64,000 nt of DNA, taken from Macrostomum lignano. Its lineage: Eukaryota. Position 1 is the stretch's first letter. Each line of letters begins with the position of its first letter. The translations under genes and the position numbers were made by a program. The stretch lies in assembly GCA_002269645.1 (NCBI GenBank), contig NIVC01002716.1, forward strand, positions 1 to 64,000, read 5' to 3'. Positions 12,371 to 24,729 of the stretch are shown here, one piece after another. Below the pieces are notes generated by a model, which ran no database searches, was not told where the DNA came from, and saw nothing but the letters and a program-made list of their open reading frames with translations.

Positions 12371-12662
12371 GGGGGGGGCAGGCTTCAGATAGGAAAAACA
12401 ATCCGCCTGCTCGCTACGGCGACCCAGTACATGTTTCATGCATAGCATGCATTCAAACAAAAAATGTGAAAATCCAAAAAAACTAAAACAGCACAAAAAA
12501 CAACAAAAAAGCATTTACTCATAAAGAACAGTAAGCAAGCAGTTCAACTACAGTACGCCTTTTAAAGTTAGTATTAGTTTAGTTTAGAAGTAGTCGGGCT
12601 AGATCGGTTTGTCTTTGCTGGAGGGCCAGGCTCAATGGACACCAAGGGCAAGGAGTCGAGCA

Positions 12663-13085
12663 TCAAAGACCGGCAGGAGGAGTCACTGCGCAGCTGACTG
12701 CACCTATGGTCCGCGTCCAGCGTGATAACGGTGAACCGGCGCGCGGGAGATGCGGATGCGGCTTCAGCAAGTCGGCCGGAGGCTGGATGGCGCAAGTCGA
12801 CGGGATCGCGGTGGTGTCAGGCAAGCTCCAGCAGGTGTTAGCGGCGCCAGTGAGAAAGCCCAGGACATCTCCAGTACGACCGAGAGTCGCGGTACAAGGA
12901 CTTCTGCTGGCGAGGCTTTTGCAGCTCGAGCAACAGTGACAGACAGCGATGACCAAGGCCTCAGCGACATCACCGGTTTTTAACGTCAGCGAGCGACTTT
13001 GGGCTCCAGAGTGCCAATCATCGGGTCGGCTCGCGGATCGGTTGTCCGTCATGTTGGAGTCGAGCAGGAGTCCGGCGCGGTCCAT
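12663..13085 (-). CDS. Unidentified GC-rich 140-aa ORF between AT-rich flanks
   Basis: Exon-like GC content and an ATG start; no family recognised. Confidence 0.3.
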   Translation of the reverse strand: MDRAGLLLDSNMTDNRSASRPDDWHSGAQSRSLTLKTGDVAEALVIAVCHCCSSCKSLASRSPCTATLGRTGDVLGFLTGAANTCWSLPDTTAIPSTCAIQPPADLLKPHPHLPRAGSPLSRWTRTIGAVSCAVTPPAGL

Positions 13086-14869
13086 CCGGCCTGATCTAAT
13101 TCATTTTAGTGTATTTTTCGACATTTTTTGGTTCAATTCTTATTTTTTTAATTGGCAATTTGACATTATAAAACTGCTGTTTAACGTTAATGTTGCAAGG
13201 AATTTTTCAAAGTTAAAGTAACATCGGTAGACACTTGTGCGATTTTTTTCGTTGCGTTGCGTCTTTCATCCTGAAGCTGTTGCGTTTTTCATTTTCCGCG
13301 TTTATTTCTCTCGTATTTATCGTCCAAAATGCGTTTCCTCAATACATTTTCATATGCGTCAAACTCGCTTTTTTCATCGCCGGCAAAAAAAATAAAAAAG
13401 CAGCCCCTTTCCTGTCATACGAGCTATTCGAATGTCACTAACGCTAAAACTGTTTTTCCTATACCTCGTTGTCGCGTGCATTATCCGCGTTCAATCTCAT
13501 TGCGCCGTCGTACCTGTCAAACTCATCGAATCCAGTCTTTGTTCTTGTGACTCGCCTATTTCAAGGAGGGATGTTGTGCAGTCGTGCCCTTTTTCGCCCT
13601 CGTGCCCCGCCCCAACCCTGGAGGTAGTGGAGAGGGAGACAAAGGAGAAGGAGAGGGTAGAGGAGTGGAGAGGGTAGAGGAGTGGAGAGGGAGACAAAGG
13701 AGACGCGGAGGTCACTGCCGAACCGGTTTAAATATCGGATAAGGCCAGAACTGGCCGCAGAAGCGACCCAATTATAAGATTAGGTCTACAGTATGTATCC
13801 AGCCCGTTGGGCATCAGAATACACAAGCCAGGTACGAATACAGGCAGTACTGATTCAATCTCCGATATGTGTCGATAATAATTTTATAAACTACGGAAAG
13901 CACAGCGAAGTGATAAGGAAAGCCCGAATGAGCAACATGATCTCAATGAGCTCGATGAGATTGAAAGGAAGTCAATACAACAAAATAAACATTTTACATG
14001 TGCTCAGAATTTATTTTATATACTCGAATCGGTGGGTGCTCACGCTCATAGGAATATATATTTAAAATATTACTAAATAGATAACAGGGCACGCGAGTAG
14101 TATGCTACTAATGTGTAATATTATCGAATTTGTACTAATAAAAACGTGAATAAATATAGGATTACTAATGCTATACAAAGGGCTAACTTCAACACATGGC
14201 AGATGGAGTGTACTATAAAAGCACAACTGTGAGAGACTTATTTTTCAAAGAGTTTTGATGCCAGGCAGCCACGAAGAATAAAGGGCAGTTCGATGCTGCC
14301 CGAATATCACAAGGTGAAGGAGACAGATCTTATAGATGGCAGAATTTGACAGCTCATTCTAGTGGGGAAAGTGGCATACTTTGGCAAGCCTAAATTAAAT
14401 TACAATGACAAAACTTTCATCAACTGAAAACAGCTTTACTTCACTATCAATTAACAGTGGTATCAGATATTCTTGCGTAAATCTGACTCAGAAAAACTTT
14501 AGAAACTTTCATGCCTACTTGCCTACCCGTTTATCAGTAGGCAGATGAGAAAATTTCGGAAGGGAGCATAAAAATGTACAGTAAATAAGAAAACACAAAT
14601 CATAGTCTTGCACTGACCTGCAGTAATTGAAAAAGTTACGAGAGCAAACAACGGCTAACGGGGAGGCTCGTGCGCATCGGGCGGTGAGCACCGATGACGT
14701 CATGGAGGGTGGGGGCGGGCGGGAAGCTTCAATGTTGTAACAATATGGATATACATATAGACCGATTTCTGCGTTAGCTGATTCATACTATTGGAAACAA
14801 GTTGCGTTTTTATTCAGACGGCTCTGGAAAATAATAGGGAAATGGGAGCCTGCAGGAAACAGAGAAGAG

Positions 14870-15120
14870 GGAAATGAGGAGAGAGGAGCGAATAGAGGAG
14901 AATAGAGAGGAGAGGAGACGAGAGTAGAGGAGAGAAAAGAGGAGAGGAGAGAGGAGAGGAGAGAGGAGAGGAGAGGAGAGGAGAGAGGAGAGTAGAGGAG
15001 AGAAAAGAGGAGAGGGGAGAGGAGAGGAGAGAAAAGAGGAGAGGAGAGAGGAGAGGAGAGGAGACGAGAGTAGAGGAGAGAAAAGAGGAGAGGAGAGAGG
15101 AGAGGAGAGGAGAGGAGAGC
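14870..15120 (+). repeat. (GAGGA)n-type purine tract, left half of a repeat split by an insertion
   Basis: Shares GGAGACGAGAGTAGAGGAGAGAAAAGAGGA with 23464-23850. Confidence 0.9.
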
Positions 15121-15614
15121 CCCGACCGGAAATCTAATATACTAAAAATGAGTTGTCTGTATGTATGTATGTATATGGGTATGCGATTGATTTCAGAAAA
15201 AACGGCTCAACCGATTTTCTTCAAACTTGCATCATTCGATCAGAAATTTTCCTGGCACAGTACATGCATCTTGGCTAAGAAATTGCTCAATGTTAAAGGG
15301 ATTAAATATTCGAAAAACACGCTTTTTTGCAAAGGTCAAGCCAAATTTTCGACTTGAAATGCATTGTAAGAATGCTAGAGAAAAAACTGACTGACTGAAT
15401 TTCAATTCTGATAAAGATTGCATCACAACAAGTTGAAAACAGTGCCAAAGAAATGCACACACGACTTGATTGAAATTGCGTAACCATATTGCTAACTCGA
15501 AGTGAGACTGATACTGGCTGACTGAGAAATTGATTATGTCATAACTTTTTACTCCAATTGACTTGCTGTAAGAATTGAATTATAAGGGCCACAATTCATG
15601 TTCTCCAATTGAAA

Positions 15615-15696
15615 AGAGATAGTCTAGATGCGAACAGACTGGACTGCTAATGTAGCGACCTGGGTTCGAATCTTAGAAGCGCAAAATAATTTTTTT
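15615..15696 (+). ncRNA. Degenerate tRNA-Ser(GCT)-like / SINE-head unit inside the Helitron
   Basis: A-box-like TAGTCTAGATGC, GGACTGCTAAT anticodon arm, B-box GGGTTCGAATC, T7 run at 15690-15696. Confidence 0.45.
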
Positions 15697-15749
15697 ATTA
15701 AAACACCTTAAAAACAAAAAAACTGCTAAACATAAAAAAAGCGCAATAG

Positions 15750-18700
15750 AAGAGCCACCATGTCAAACCTAAAGGAGCCACCATGTCGAACATTAAAGAA
15801 CCACCATGTCGAACATAAAAGAGCCACCATATCGAACATAAAAGAGTTACCATGTTAAAAATTAAAGAGCCACCATGTCGAACATTAAAGAGCCACCATG
15901 TCGAACATAGAAGAGCCACCATGTCAAACATTAAAGAGCCACCATTTCAAACCTAAAGGAGCCACCATGTCGAAAATTAAAGAGCCACCATGTCGAACAT
16001 AAAAGAGCCACCATATCAAACATAAAAGAGTTACCATGTCAAACATTAAAGAGCCACCATGTCGAACATTAAAGAGCAACCATGTCGAACATTCAATAGC
16101 CACCATGTCAAACATTAAAGAGCCACATTGTCAAGCATTAAAGACCCACCATTTCAAACCTAAAATAGTTACCATGTCAAACATTCAATAGCCACCATGT
16201 CAAACATTAAAGAGCCACCATGTCGAACATAAAAGAGCCACCATATTAAACATAAAAGAGTTACCATGTCAAACATTAAAGAGCCACCATGTCGAACATT
16301 AAAGAGCCACCATGTCAAACATTAAAGAGCCACATTGTCAAGCATTAAAGACCCACCATTTCAAACCTAAAAGAGCCACCATGTCAAACATTAAAGAGCC
16401 ACCATGTCGAACATTAAAGAGCCACCTTGTCAAATATTAAAGAGCCACCATTTCAAACCTAAAGAAGCCACCATGTCGAACATACAAGAGCCACCATGTC
16501 GAACATAGAAAAGCCACCATGTCAAACATTAAAGAGTCACCGTTTCAAACCTAAAAGAGCCACCATGTTAAAAATTAAAGAGCCACCATGTCAAACATAA
16601 AACAGACACCATTAAGAACATTAAAGAGCCACCATGTCAAACCTAAAACAGCCACCATTTCGAAAATTAAGGAGCCACCATTTCGAAAATTTAAGAGCCG
16701 CTATGTTAAACATTAAAGGGCCACCTTGTCAAATATTAAAGAGCCACCATTTCAAACCTAAAAGAGCGACCCTGTCGAACATACAAGAGCCACCATGTCG
16801 AACATAAAAGAGCCACCATGTCGAACATACAAGAGCCACCATGTCGAACATAGAAAAGCCACCATGTCGAACATAAAAGAGTCACCATGTTAAAAATTAA
16901 AGAGCCACCATGTCGAACATTAAAGAGCCACCATTTCAAACATTAAAGAGCCACCATGTCAAACATTAAAGAGCCACCGGTTCAAACCTAAAAGAGCCAC
17001 CATGTCGAACATTAAAGAGCCACCATGTCAAACATAAAACAGACACCATGTCAAACATTAAAGAGCCACCATGTCAAACATTAAAGAGCCACCGGTTCAA
17101 ACCTAAAAGAGCCACCATGTCGAACATTAAAAAGCCACCATGTCAAACATTAAAGAGCCACATTGTCAAACATTAAAAAGCCACCATTTCAAACCTAAAA
17201 GAGCCACCATGTCAAACATTAAAGAGCCACCATGTCAAACATTAAAGAGCCACCTTGTCAAATATTAAAGAGCCACCATTTCAAACCTAAAGAAGCCACC
17301 ATGTCGAACATACAAGAGCCACCATGTCGAACATAAAAGAGCCACCATATCAAACATAAAAGAGTTACCATGTCAAACATTAAAGAGCCACCATGTCAAA
17401 CATTAAAGAGCCACCATGTCGAACATAAAAGAGCCACCATATCAAACATAAAAGAGTTACCATGTCAAACATTAAAGAGCCACCATGTCGAACATTAAAG
17501 AGCCACCATGTCAAACATTAAAGAGCCACATTGTCAAGCATTAAAGACCCACCATTTCAAACCTAAAAGAGCCACCATGTCGAACATTAAAGAGCCACCT
17601 TGTCAAATATTAAAGAGCCACCATTTCAAACCTAAAGAAGCCACCATGTCGAACATACAAGAGCCACCATGTCGAACATAAAAGAGCCACCATATCAAAC
17701 ATAAAAGAGTTACCATGTTAAAAATTAAAGAGCCACCATGTCGAACATAAAAGAGCAACCATGTCAAACATAAAACAGACACCATTAAGAACATTAAAGA
17801 GCCACCATGTCGAACATTAAAGAGCCACCATGTCAAATATAAAACAGCCACCATTTCGAAAATTTAAGAGCCGCCATGTTAAACATTAAAGGGCCACCTT
17901 GTCAAATATTAAAGAGCCACCATTTCAAACCTAAAAGAGCCACCATGTCGAACATTAAAAAGCCACCATGTCAAACATTAAAGAGCCACATTGTCAAACA
18001 TTAAAAAGCCACCATTTCAAACCTAAAAGAGCCACCATGTCAAACATTAAAGAGCCACCATGTCAAACATTAAAGAGCCACCTTGTCAAATATTAAAGAG
18101 CCACCATTTCAAACCTAAAGAAGCCACCATGTCGAACATACAAGAGCCACCATGTCGAACATAAAAGAGCCACCATATCAAACATAAAAGAGTTACCATG
18201 TCAAACATTAAAGAGCCACCATGTCAAACATTAAAGAGCCACCATGTCGAACATAAAAGAGCCACCATATCAAACATAAAAGAGTTACCATGTCAAACAT
18301 TAAAGAGCCACCATGTCGAACATTAAAGAGCCACCATGTCAAACATTAAAGAGCCACATTGTCAAGCATTAAAGACCCACCATTTCAAACCTAAAAGAGC
18401 CACCATGTCGAACATTAAAGAGCCACCTTGTCAAATATTAAAGAGCCACCATTTCAAACCTAAAGAAGCCACCATGTCGAACATACAAGAGCCACCATGT
18501 CGAACATAAAAGAGCCACCATATCAAACATAAAAGAGTTACCATGTTAAAAATTAAAGAGCCACCATGTCGAACATAAAAGAGCAACCATGTCAAACATA
18601 AAACAGACACCATTAAGAACATTAAAGAGCCACCATGTCGAACATTAAAGAGCCACCATGTCAAATATAAAACAGCCACCATTTCGAAAATTTAAGAGCC

Positions 18701-20165
18701 GCCATGTTAAACATTAAAGGGCCACCTTGTCAAATATTAAAGAGCCACCATTTCAAACCTAAAAGAGCGACCCTGTCGAACATACAAGAGCCACAATGTC
18801 GAACATAAAAGAGCAGCTATGTAGAACATAAAAGAGCCACCATGTCAAACATAAAAAAGCCACCATGTCAAACATAAAAGAGCCAACATGAAGAACATTA
18901 AAGAGCCACCATGTCGACCATTAAAAGAGCCACCATGTCGAACATACAAGAGCCACCATGTCGAACATAGAAAAGCCACCATGTCGAACATAGAAAAGCC
19001 ACCATGTTAAACATTAAAGAGCCAATATTTCAAACCTTAAGGAGCCACCATGTCGAACATAAAAGAGTCACCATGTTAAAAATTAAAGAGCCACCATGTC
19101 GAACATTAAAGAGCCACCATGTCGAACATTAAAGAGCCACCATGTCAAACATAAAACAGACACCATGTCAAACATTAAAGAGCCACCGGTTCAAACCTAA
19201 AAGAGCCACCATGTCGAACATTAAAGAGCCACCTTGTCAAATATTAAAGAGCCACCATTTCAAACCTAAAGGAGCCACCATGTCGAACATTAAAAAGCCA
19301 CCATGTCGAACATTAAAAAGCCAACATGTCAAACATTAAAGAGCCACCATGTCGAACATTAAAGAGCCACCTTGTCAAATATTAAAGAGCCACCATTTCA
19401 AACCTAAAGAAGCCACCATGTCGAACATACAAGAGCCACCATGTCGAACATAGAAAAGCCACCATGTCAAACATTAAAGAGTCACCATGTCAAACATTAA
19501 AGAGCCACCGTTTCAAACCTAAAAGAGCCACCATGTTAAAAATTAAAGAGCCACCATGTCAAATATAAAACAGCCACCATTTCGAAAATTAAGGAGCCAC
19601 CATATCAAACATAAAAGAGTTACCATGTCAAACATTAAAGAGCCACCATGTCGAACATTAAAGAGCCACCATATCAAACATAAAACAGACACCATGTCAA
19701 ACATTAAAGAGCCACCATGTCGAACATTAAAGAGCCACCATGTCAAACATAAAACAGCCACCATTTCGAAAATTAAGGAGCCACCATTTCGAAAATTAAA
19801 GAGCCGCCATGTTAACCATTAAAGGGCCACCATGTCAAACATTAAAGAGCCACCATGTCGAACATAAAAGAGCCACCATGTCGAACATTAAAGAGCCACC
19901 ATGTCAAACATTAAAGAGCCACCGGTTCAAACCTAAAAGAGCCACCATGTCGAACATTAAAAAGCCACCGTGTCGAACATAAAAAAGTCAACATGTCAAA
20001 CATAAAAGAGCCACCATGTCAAACCTAAAAAAGCCACCATGTCAAACATAGAAGAGCCACCATGTCGAACATAAAAGAGCCACTATGTCAAACATAAAAG
20101 AGCCACCATGTCAAACATAGAAGAGCCACTATGTCAAACATAAAAGAGCCACCATGTCAAACATT
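15750..20165 (+). repeat. 23-bp satellite TAAAGAGCCACCATGTCGAACAT, about 190 diverged copies, with an 828-bp (36-mer) higher-order duplication
   Basis: Period 23 (15867 to 15890); 17101-17928 repeated from 17929; identical ORFs 828 bp apart in the track. Confidence 0.97.
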
Positions 20166-20274
20166 CAAGATATCCAATTTCAAATGTAAAGGTATAAAGC
20201 GCCATGCCAATTTAAAGGAGCCACTATAAAGCTAAGGAAATTGTCGCTCTAGCTACTTATTGTCTGGTGGATGG

Positions 20275-20850
20275 TTGCTATTTGGGGATGCTATCTATCT
20301 TGGGGATGCTTGCTATTTGGAGGATGCTTGCTATTTGGAGGATGCTTGCTTTCTGGGGGATGCTTGCTATCTGGGGAATGCTTGCTATCTGGGGAATGCT
20401 TGCTATCTGGGGGATGCTTGCTATCTGGGGAATGCTTGCTATCTGGGGGATGCTTGCTATCTGGTGGATGCTTGCTATCTGAGGGATGCTTGCTATCTGA
20501 GTGATGCTTGCTATCTGGGGGATGCTTGCTATCTGGGGTATGCTTGCTATCTGAGGGATGCTTGCTATCTTGGGGTATGCTTGCTATCTGAGGGATGCTT
20601 GCTATCTTGGGGATGCTTGCTATCTGGGGGATGCTTGCTATCTGCGGAATGCTTGCTATCTGGGGAATGCTTGCTATCTGGGGGATGTTTGCTATCTGGG
20701 GGATGCTTGCTATCTGGGGATGCTTGCTATCTGGGGGATGCTTGCTATCTGGAGGATGCTTGCTATCTTGGGGATGCTTGCTATCTGGGAAATGCTTGCT
20801 ATCTGGGAAAATGCTTGCTATCTGGAGGATGCTTGCTATCTGGGGGATGC
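20275..20850 (+). repeat. 18-bp minisatellite GGGGGATGCTTGCTATCT
   Basis: Period 18 (20341 to 20359). Confidence 0.95.
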
Positions 20851-23463
20851 TTGTGGTCTTGGGAAGATTTCTTATTGCAATTCACTTCATTTGAGCAGTT
20901 TGTCTGTTGTCTTTGTGAAGGATTTTTTGGCTGTCTTTTTGTTAATTGTAGAGAACAGAGATTCTATCCAGATGTCCCCCATCGGGGGGCGAAGATTGCT
21001 AGTAATTGTTCTTTAAATGCGTCAAATAGCACATAAAAAATGAATTGGGGGGAATCCCAAAATAACTGTCGAAACGACACGAAATTTGTGAGAATCGACA
21101 ATTGGTGGCACAGCTTGGCACAAATATAACTGTGCCAAGCTGTGCCAATTGGCACATGTGACACATTTAAGAATCAAATTTTTAATTGTGCACTGCTGTG
21201 CCACAACTGTGCCAGTTGTCTCAGCTATTTTTGAATGCTTATAATTGTGCACAACTGTGCCATAAATGTACCATTTGGCACCATACGAGTAAATGTGCAG
21301 CTAGAAGCAGTTAAACTAGCGCGTACTGTGCCATTTGGCGTAAATTCGCCAGACGAGTGAATTTGCAGTTTAAAGCAGTTGAACTAAGCGCATAATATGC
21401 TATCTGATGCTGTTATAGTTGACCCGTTAGTCAACTACGAGTTATGAAGTGTATGTATGAAGTAGCTAACATTTTGCGAGAAGTCCTTCTCATGTTTAAA
21501 TGAGGGAAGACAAATTGAAAAGAGTTGTCAATGTAAATTAAACTTTAAAATAATGTCGAGCGCGAACATAAACAGATTAAAACAGTTGGAAAAAGGGATG
21601 TTGCATAAATACTTATATATTTAATGGGAAGTAGCAAATAGGACAAAAACATGTATAAAACAGGAAAAAGGGGAGGCTGCGGAATTAAAAAATGCATACT
21701 AGAAGTTAACGGAAAGAAACATAACAGACAGCGGACATTGGACAGGAAACAAAAAACAACGTAATTAAAAAGCGCGGTGCATGAAAATTGTGGTGCCACG
21801 TGCCAGCCAAAGAGTTTACACTTCTAATACATTTGAAACCAAAACATGCAATGTAACAAATTAACTACTGAGTCGACTACACGTGGCACAGGATTTTAAT
21901 GTAACAACATGTATGCATCTAATGTATTAATTTAAAAAGCACAAACAAACAACTAGATAAAAAACAAGCAATTAGTGAAACCAACTCCAATACCTCTGTT
22001 CCCCTATACTTTTCTAGTTAGACAACAAGTCTGATTCCTGGTGCTATTGTAATTTACGAGTCTGGAACTAACTATAGTAATGTAGTTGGTTACTTTATGT
22101 GGGAAAGAGCATATTTCCAGGGGAAAACAAAACCAGAAACATGAGGGAGACAGACCAAGCTAGACGGGTCCCGCATCTGCCAAACAAGTTTAGTTTTGCT
22201 AGATGCAACAGCAGATATCCCGCGCTCAGTCCTCGCGAGTGCATTAGCCGCCTCCGACTGCACAGTGTCAGTGACATTGGCAGCCGCACCTTGACGAAGT
22301 TTCTTTACAGGCAAACGTCCGGATTGCTTTTCACGCCGACTGACGGTGATGGAGCATCGGACGTAGGCCTTTTCAATCGCTTTCATTGGTTGGGATGTCG
22401 ATTCCAGCCAGGTAGCAGGCGTGGCCGACCAGGCCGTTACCAAAATCTCGTCGTCGCTGAAGCACCCCTGCACCATCTCGCGGAGAAGTGCATTGAGGTT
22501 GGCCGGAGTCGTTGGTTCTTGATATATCCTTACTGGCCGTGACCCTGGTCCGAGCGACGTTGGACGTAAAGGCGAAACCGATTGGCTGCAGAGGTGTTTT
22601 TTAAGGATTGAAGAGCGTTTGAGAGTAACAATAGGATATTTGCGCGATCATAAATGAAGGACTATTAATTTCTTACCGTAGTATAATTTCTTTCCATTGT
22701 CGTCGACCAGCAGGTTGTCAACTGTGACGGCTGGGTCCACGAGCTGATCTAGATGGACGGCGAGATGCTGCGTGATCTGCTGCTTTAGTTCTTTTGTAAT
22801 GGCGTCAATCAAACGCAGTTGCGCCATTTTCGAGCGTCTGAGCAGATCATGCCGCAAGTTGGGAGTGAAAACCTGCCGGTCATCTGCCAAAATCGAAGCT
22901 ACTGACGTCGCAGCCTCAGTGCAAGTTGCACCGGGTGTGCGTCAAACAGTTTTGTTAGGTAATTAGCAATAAAAAAGGTTATTTGAGCCAAGTGTGCCAA
23001 GAAGGACAAAGACATATAACTGTGCCAAATGTCATAGCTGTGGCACAACTGGTACACTTGTAGTAAGTGCGCCAAGTGTGCCAAATGGTTTCCAAGGGGA
23101 ATTAGCTATAAAAAGGTTATTTGTGCCCGGTGTGCCAAATAGAACATACAAAGACATTTATAACTGTGCTAAATGGTATAGCTGTAGCACAACTGGCACA
23201 ATTGTAGCAAGTGTGCCAAGTGTGCCAATTGGTTTCATTGGCCAATTAGCAGTAAAAATACTATTTGTGTCAAGTGTGCCAAATAGGACATACATCGACA
23301 TTTACAAACTGTGCCAAATGGCATAGCTACGGCACAATTGGTACAATTGTATCAAGTGTGCCAAATATGACATACAAAGACATTTATAACTCTGTCAAAG
23401 GGCATATTTGTGGCACAACTGGCACACTTACTGTTTTTGAAAGGACAAATATTTTCGGTCGGG

Positions 23464-23850
23464 AGCAGAGAGGAGAGTATAGGAGAGCAGAGAGGAGAGG
23501 AGACGTGAGTAGAGGAGTGAAAAGAGGAGAGGAGAGTAGAGGAGAGAAAAGAGGAGAGGAGAGGTGAGGGAGAGGAGAGCAGAGAGGAGAGTATAGGAGA
23601 GCAGAGAGGAGAGGAGACGAGAGTAGAGGAGTGAAAAGAGGAGAGGAGAGAGGAGAGGAGAGAGGAGAGGAGAGGAGACGAGAGTAGAGGAGAGAAAAGA
23701 GGAGAGGAGAGAGGAGAGGAGAGGAGAGGAGAGCAGAGAGGAGAGTATAGGAGAGCAGAGAGGAGAGGAGACGAGAGTAGAGGAGTGAAAAGAGGAGAGG
23801 AGAGTAGAGGAGAGAAAAGAGGAGAGGAGAGGTGAGGGAGAGGAGAGAAG
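23464..23850 (+). repeat. GA-rich tract, right half of the split repeat
   Basis: Same sub-units as 14870-15120. Confidence 0.9.
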
Positions 23851-24519
23851 GCTAAGAGCAGGATGGACGGGAACTTGAATCCGGATGGACGAGTTCGGGT
23901 TCCAATGGTGCCTCCAACACGGTTCGGTATTCCCAAATTTGACTTGCATCGCTCAATGAACAAGACATACATTTAAGATGATGGAGCAGACTATGCATAA
24001 CAAAGTTGCTTGCAAGGTTATAACAAATTGAAATGATGTCACAATTTTGGCGGGCGACAACGGTAACTTAACAAAAGGTCACTCCGAGACACGGCTGGGT
24101 GTGTGGCAGATATCTATAGACACATGCAAACGCGCTACTTATTACTGGCAAGCGCCAGTTGAAAAGTAGTGCGCGCGGATATTAGTTGATAAAAAATAAT
24201 TGTTACAAGTGAATAAATTACACGTCTTCAAGTTGAATCTTCGCAAGCGGATAAGCCGGACATCAAGCCAGGGGGCAAAGGGGGTGGGAAATGGAGGAGC
24301 CACTAAAGAAGAAAGTCGCGATTTTTTAGCAAGATAGTGATTAGTGAAGCTGCAAATTTAGCTCGAATGCTTTGTCTCTTTGAATTCATTTTCTGAACTG
24401 GAAAACTTCAATAGAGAATTGATTTATTTCATGTTTGCATTATTCGAATTATAACAAATACTAAATCCTTGTTGAAGCTCCGCTACCTAGCCAGAACTCA
24501 ACCCGTACTCAAGCGAGGG

Positions 24520-24640
24520 TGAGATAGGGTGGAGACAGGGGTAAAGATAATGTGAGACAGGGGTAAGATAGGGTGAGACAGGGGTAAGATAGGGGTAAGA
24601 TAGGGGTGAGACAGGGGTAAGATAGGGTGAGACAGGGTGG
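24520..24640 (+). repeat. Short degenerate AGACAGGGGTAAGATAGGGTG repeat downstream of GRB2
   Basis: About 5 imperfect copies. Confidence 0.75.
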
Positions 24641-24729
24641 GACAGTCAAGTAGATCCAATGAGTCAGCACAGCAGTTGATCACACAGTCAAAGCAGTTCC
24701 AGTCTGCACCCCAAGCAGCACGCGCTCGC

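Larger units (their letters stand above)
15133..21002 (+). mobile_element. Non-autonomous Helitron, 5870 bp, carrying satellites
   Basis: 5' TC terminus (TCTAATATACTAAAAATGAG), short (TATG)n, AAAACGGCTCAACCGATTTTC core; 3' GC hairpin 20974-20990, then CTAG 20999-21002; inserted between A and T with no TSD. Confidence 0.8.
15121..23463. mobile_element. Non-autonomous TIR DNA transposon (CMC/EnSpm-like by inference), 2473 bp after removing the nested Helitron
   Basis: 3-bp TSD AGC (15118-15120, 23464-23466). Reconstituted left TIR CCCGACCGGAAA+TAATTGTTCTTT matches the right TIR reverse complement CCCGACCGAAAATATTTGTCCTTT at 21/24. Inverted TGTGCCA/TGGCACA subterminal repeats at 21090-21340 and 22975-23430. 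Confidence 0.75.

Noticed and set aside
15750-20165. CRISPR-like or coding repeat
   Set aside because: Contiguous diverged monomers without spacers; only short periodic ORFs
20260-21036. Pentapeptide- or cysteine-rich repeat protein (GDACYL)n
   Set aside because: 18-bp minisatellite with frame-shifting unit variants, inside a Helitron
22099-22542. DIRS RNase H-like fragment (LIYPYWP) on the plus strand
   Set aside because: Only a short motif resemblance; no RT, RNase H catalytic residues or tyrosine recombinase seen
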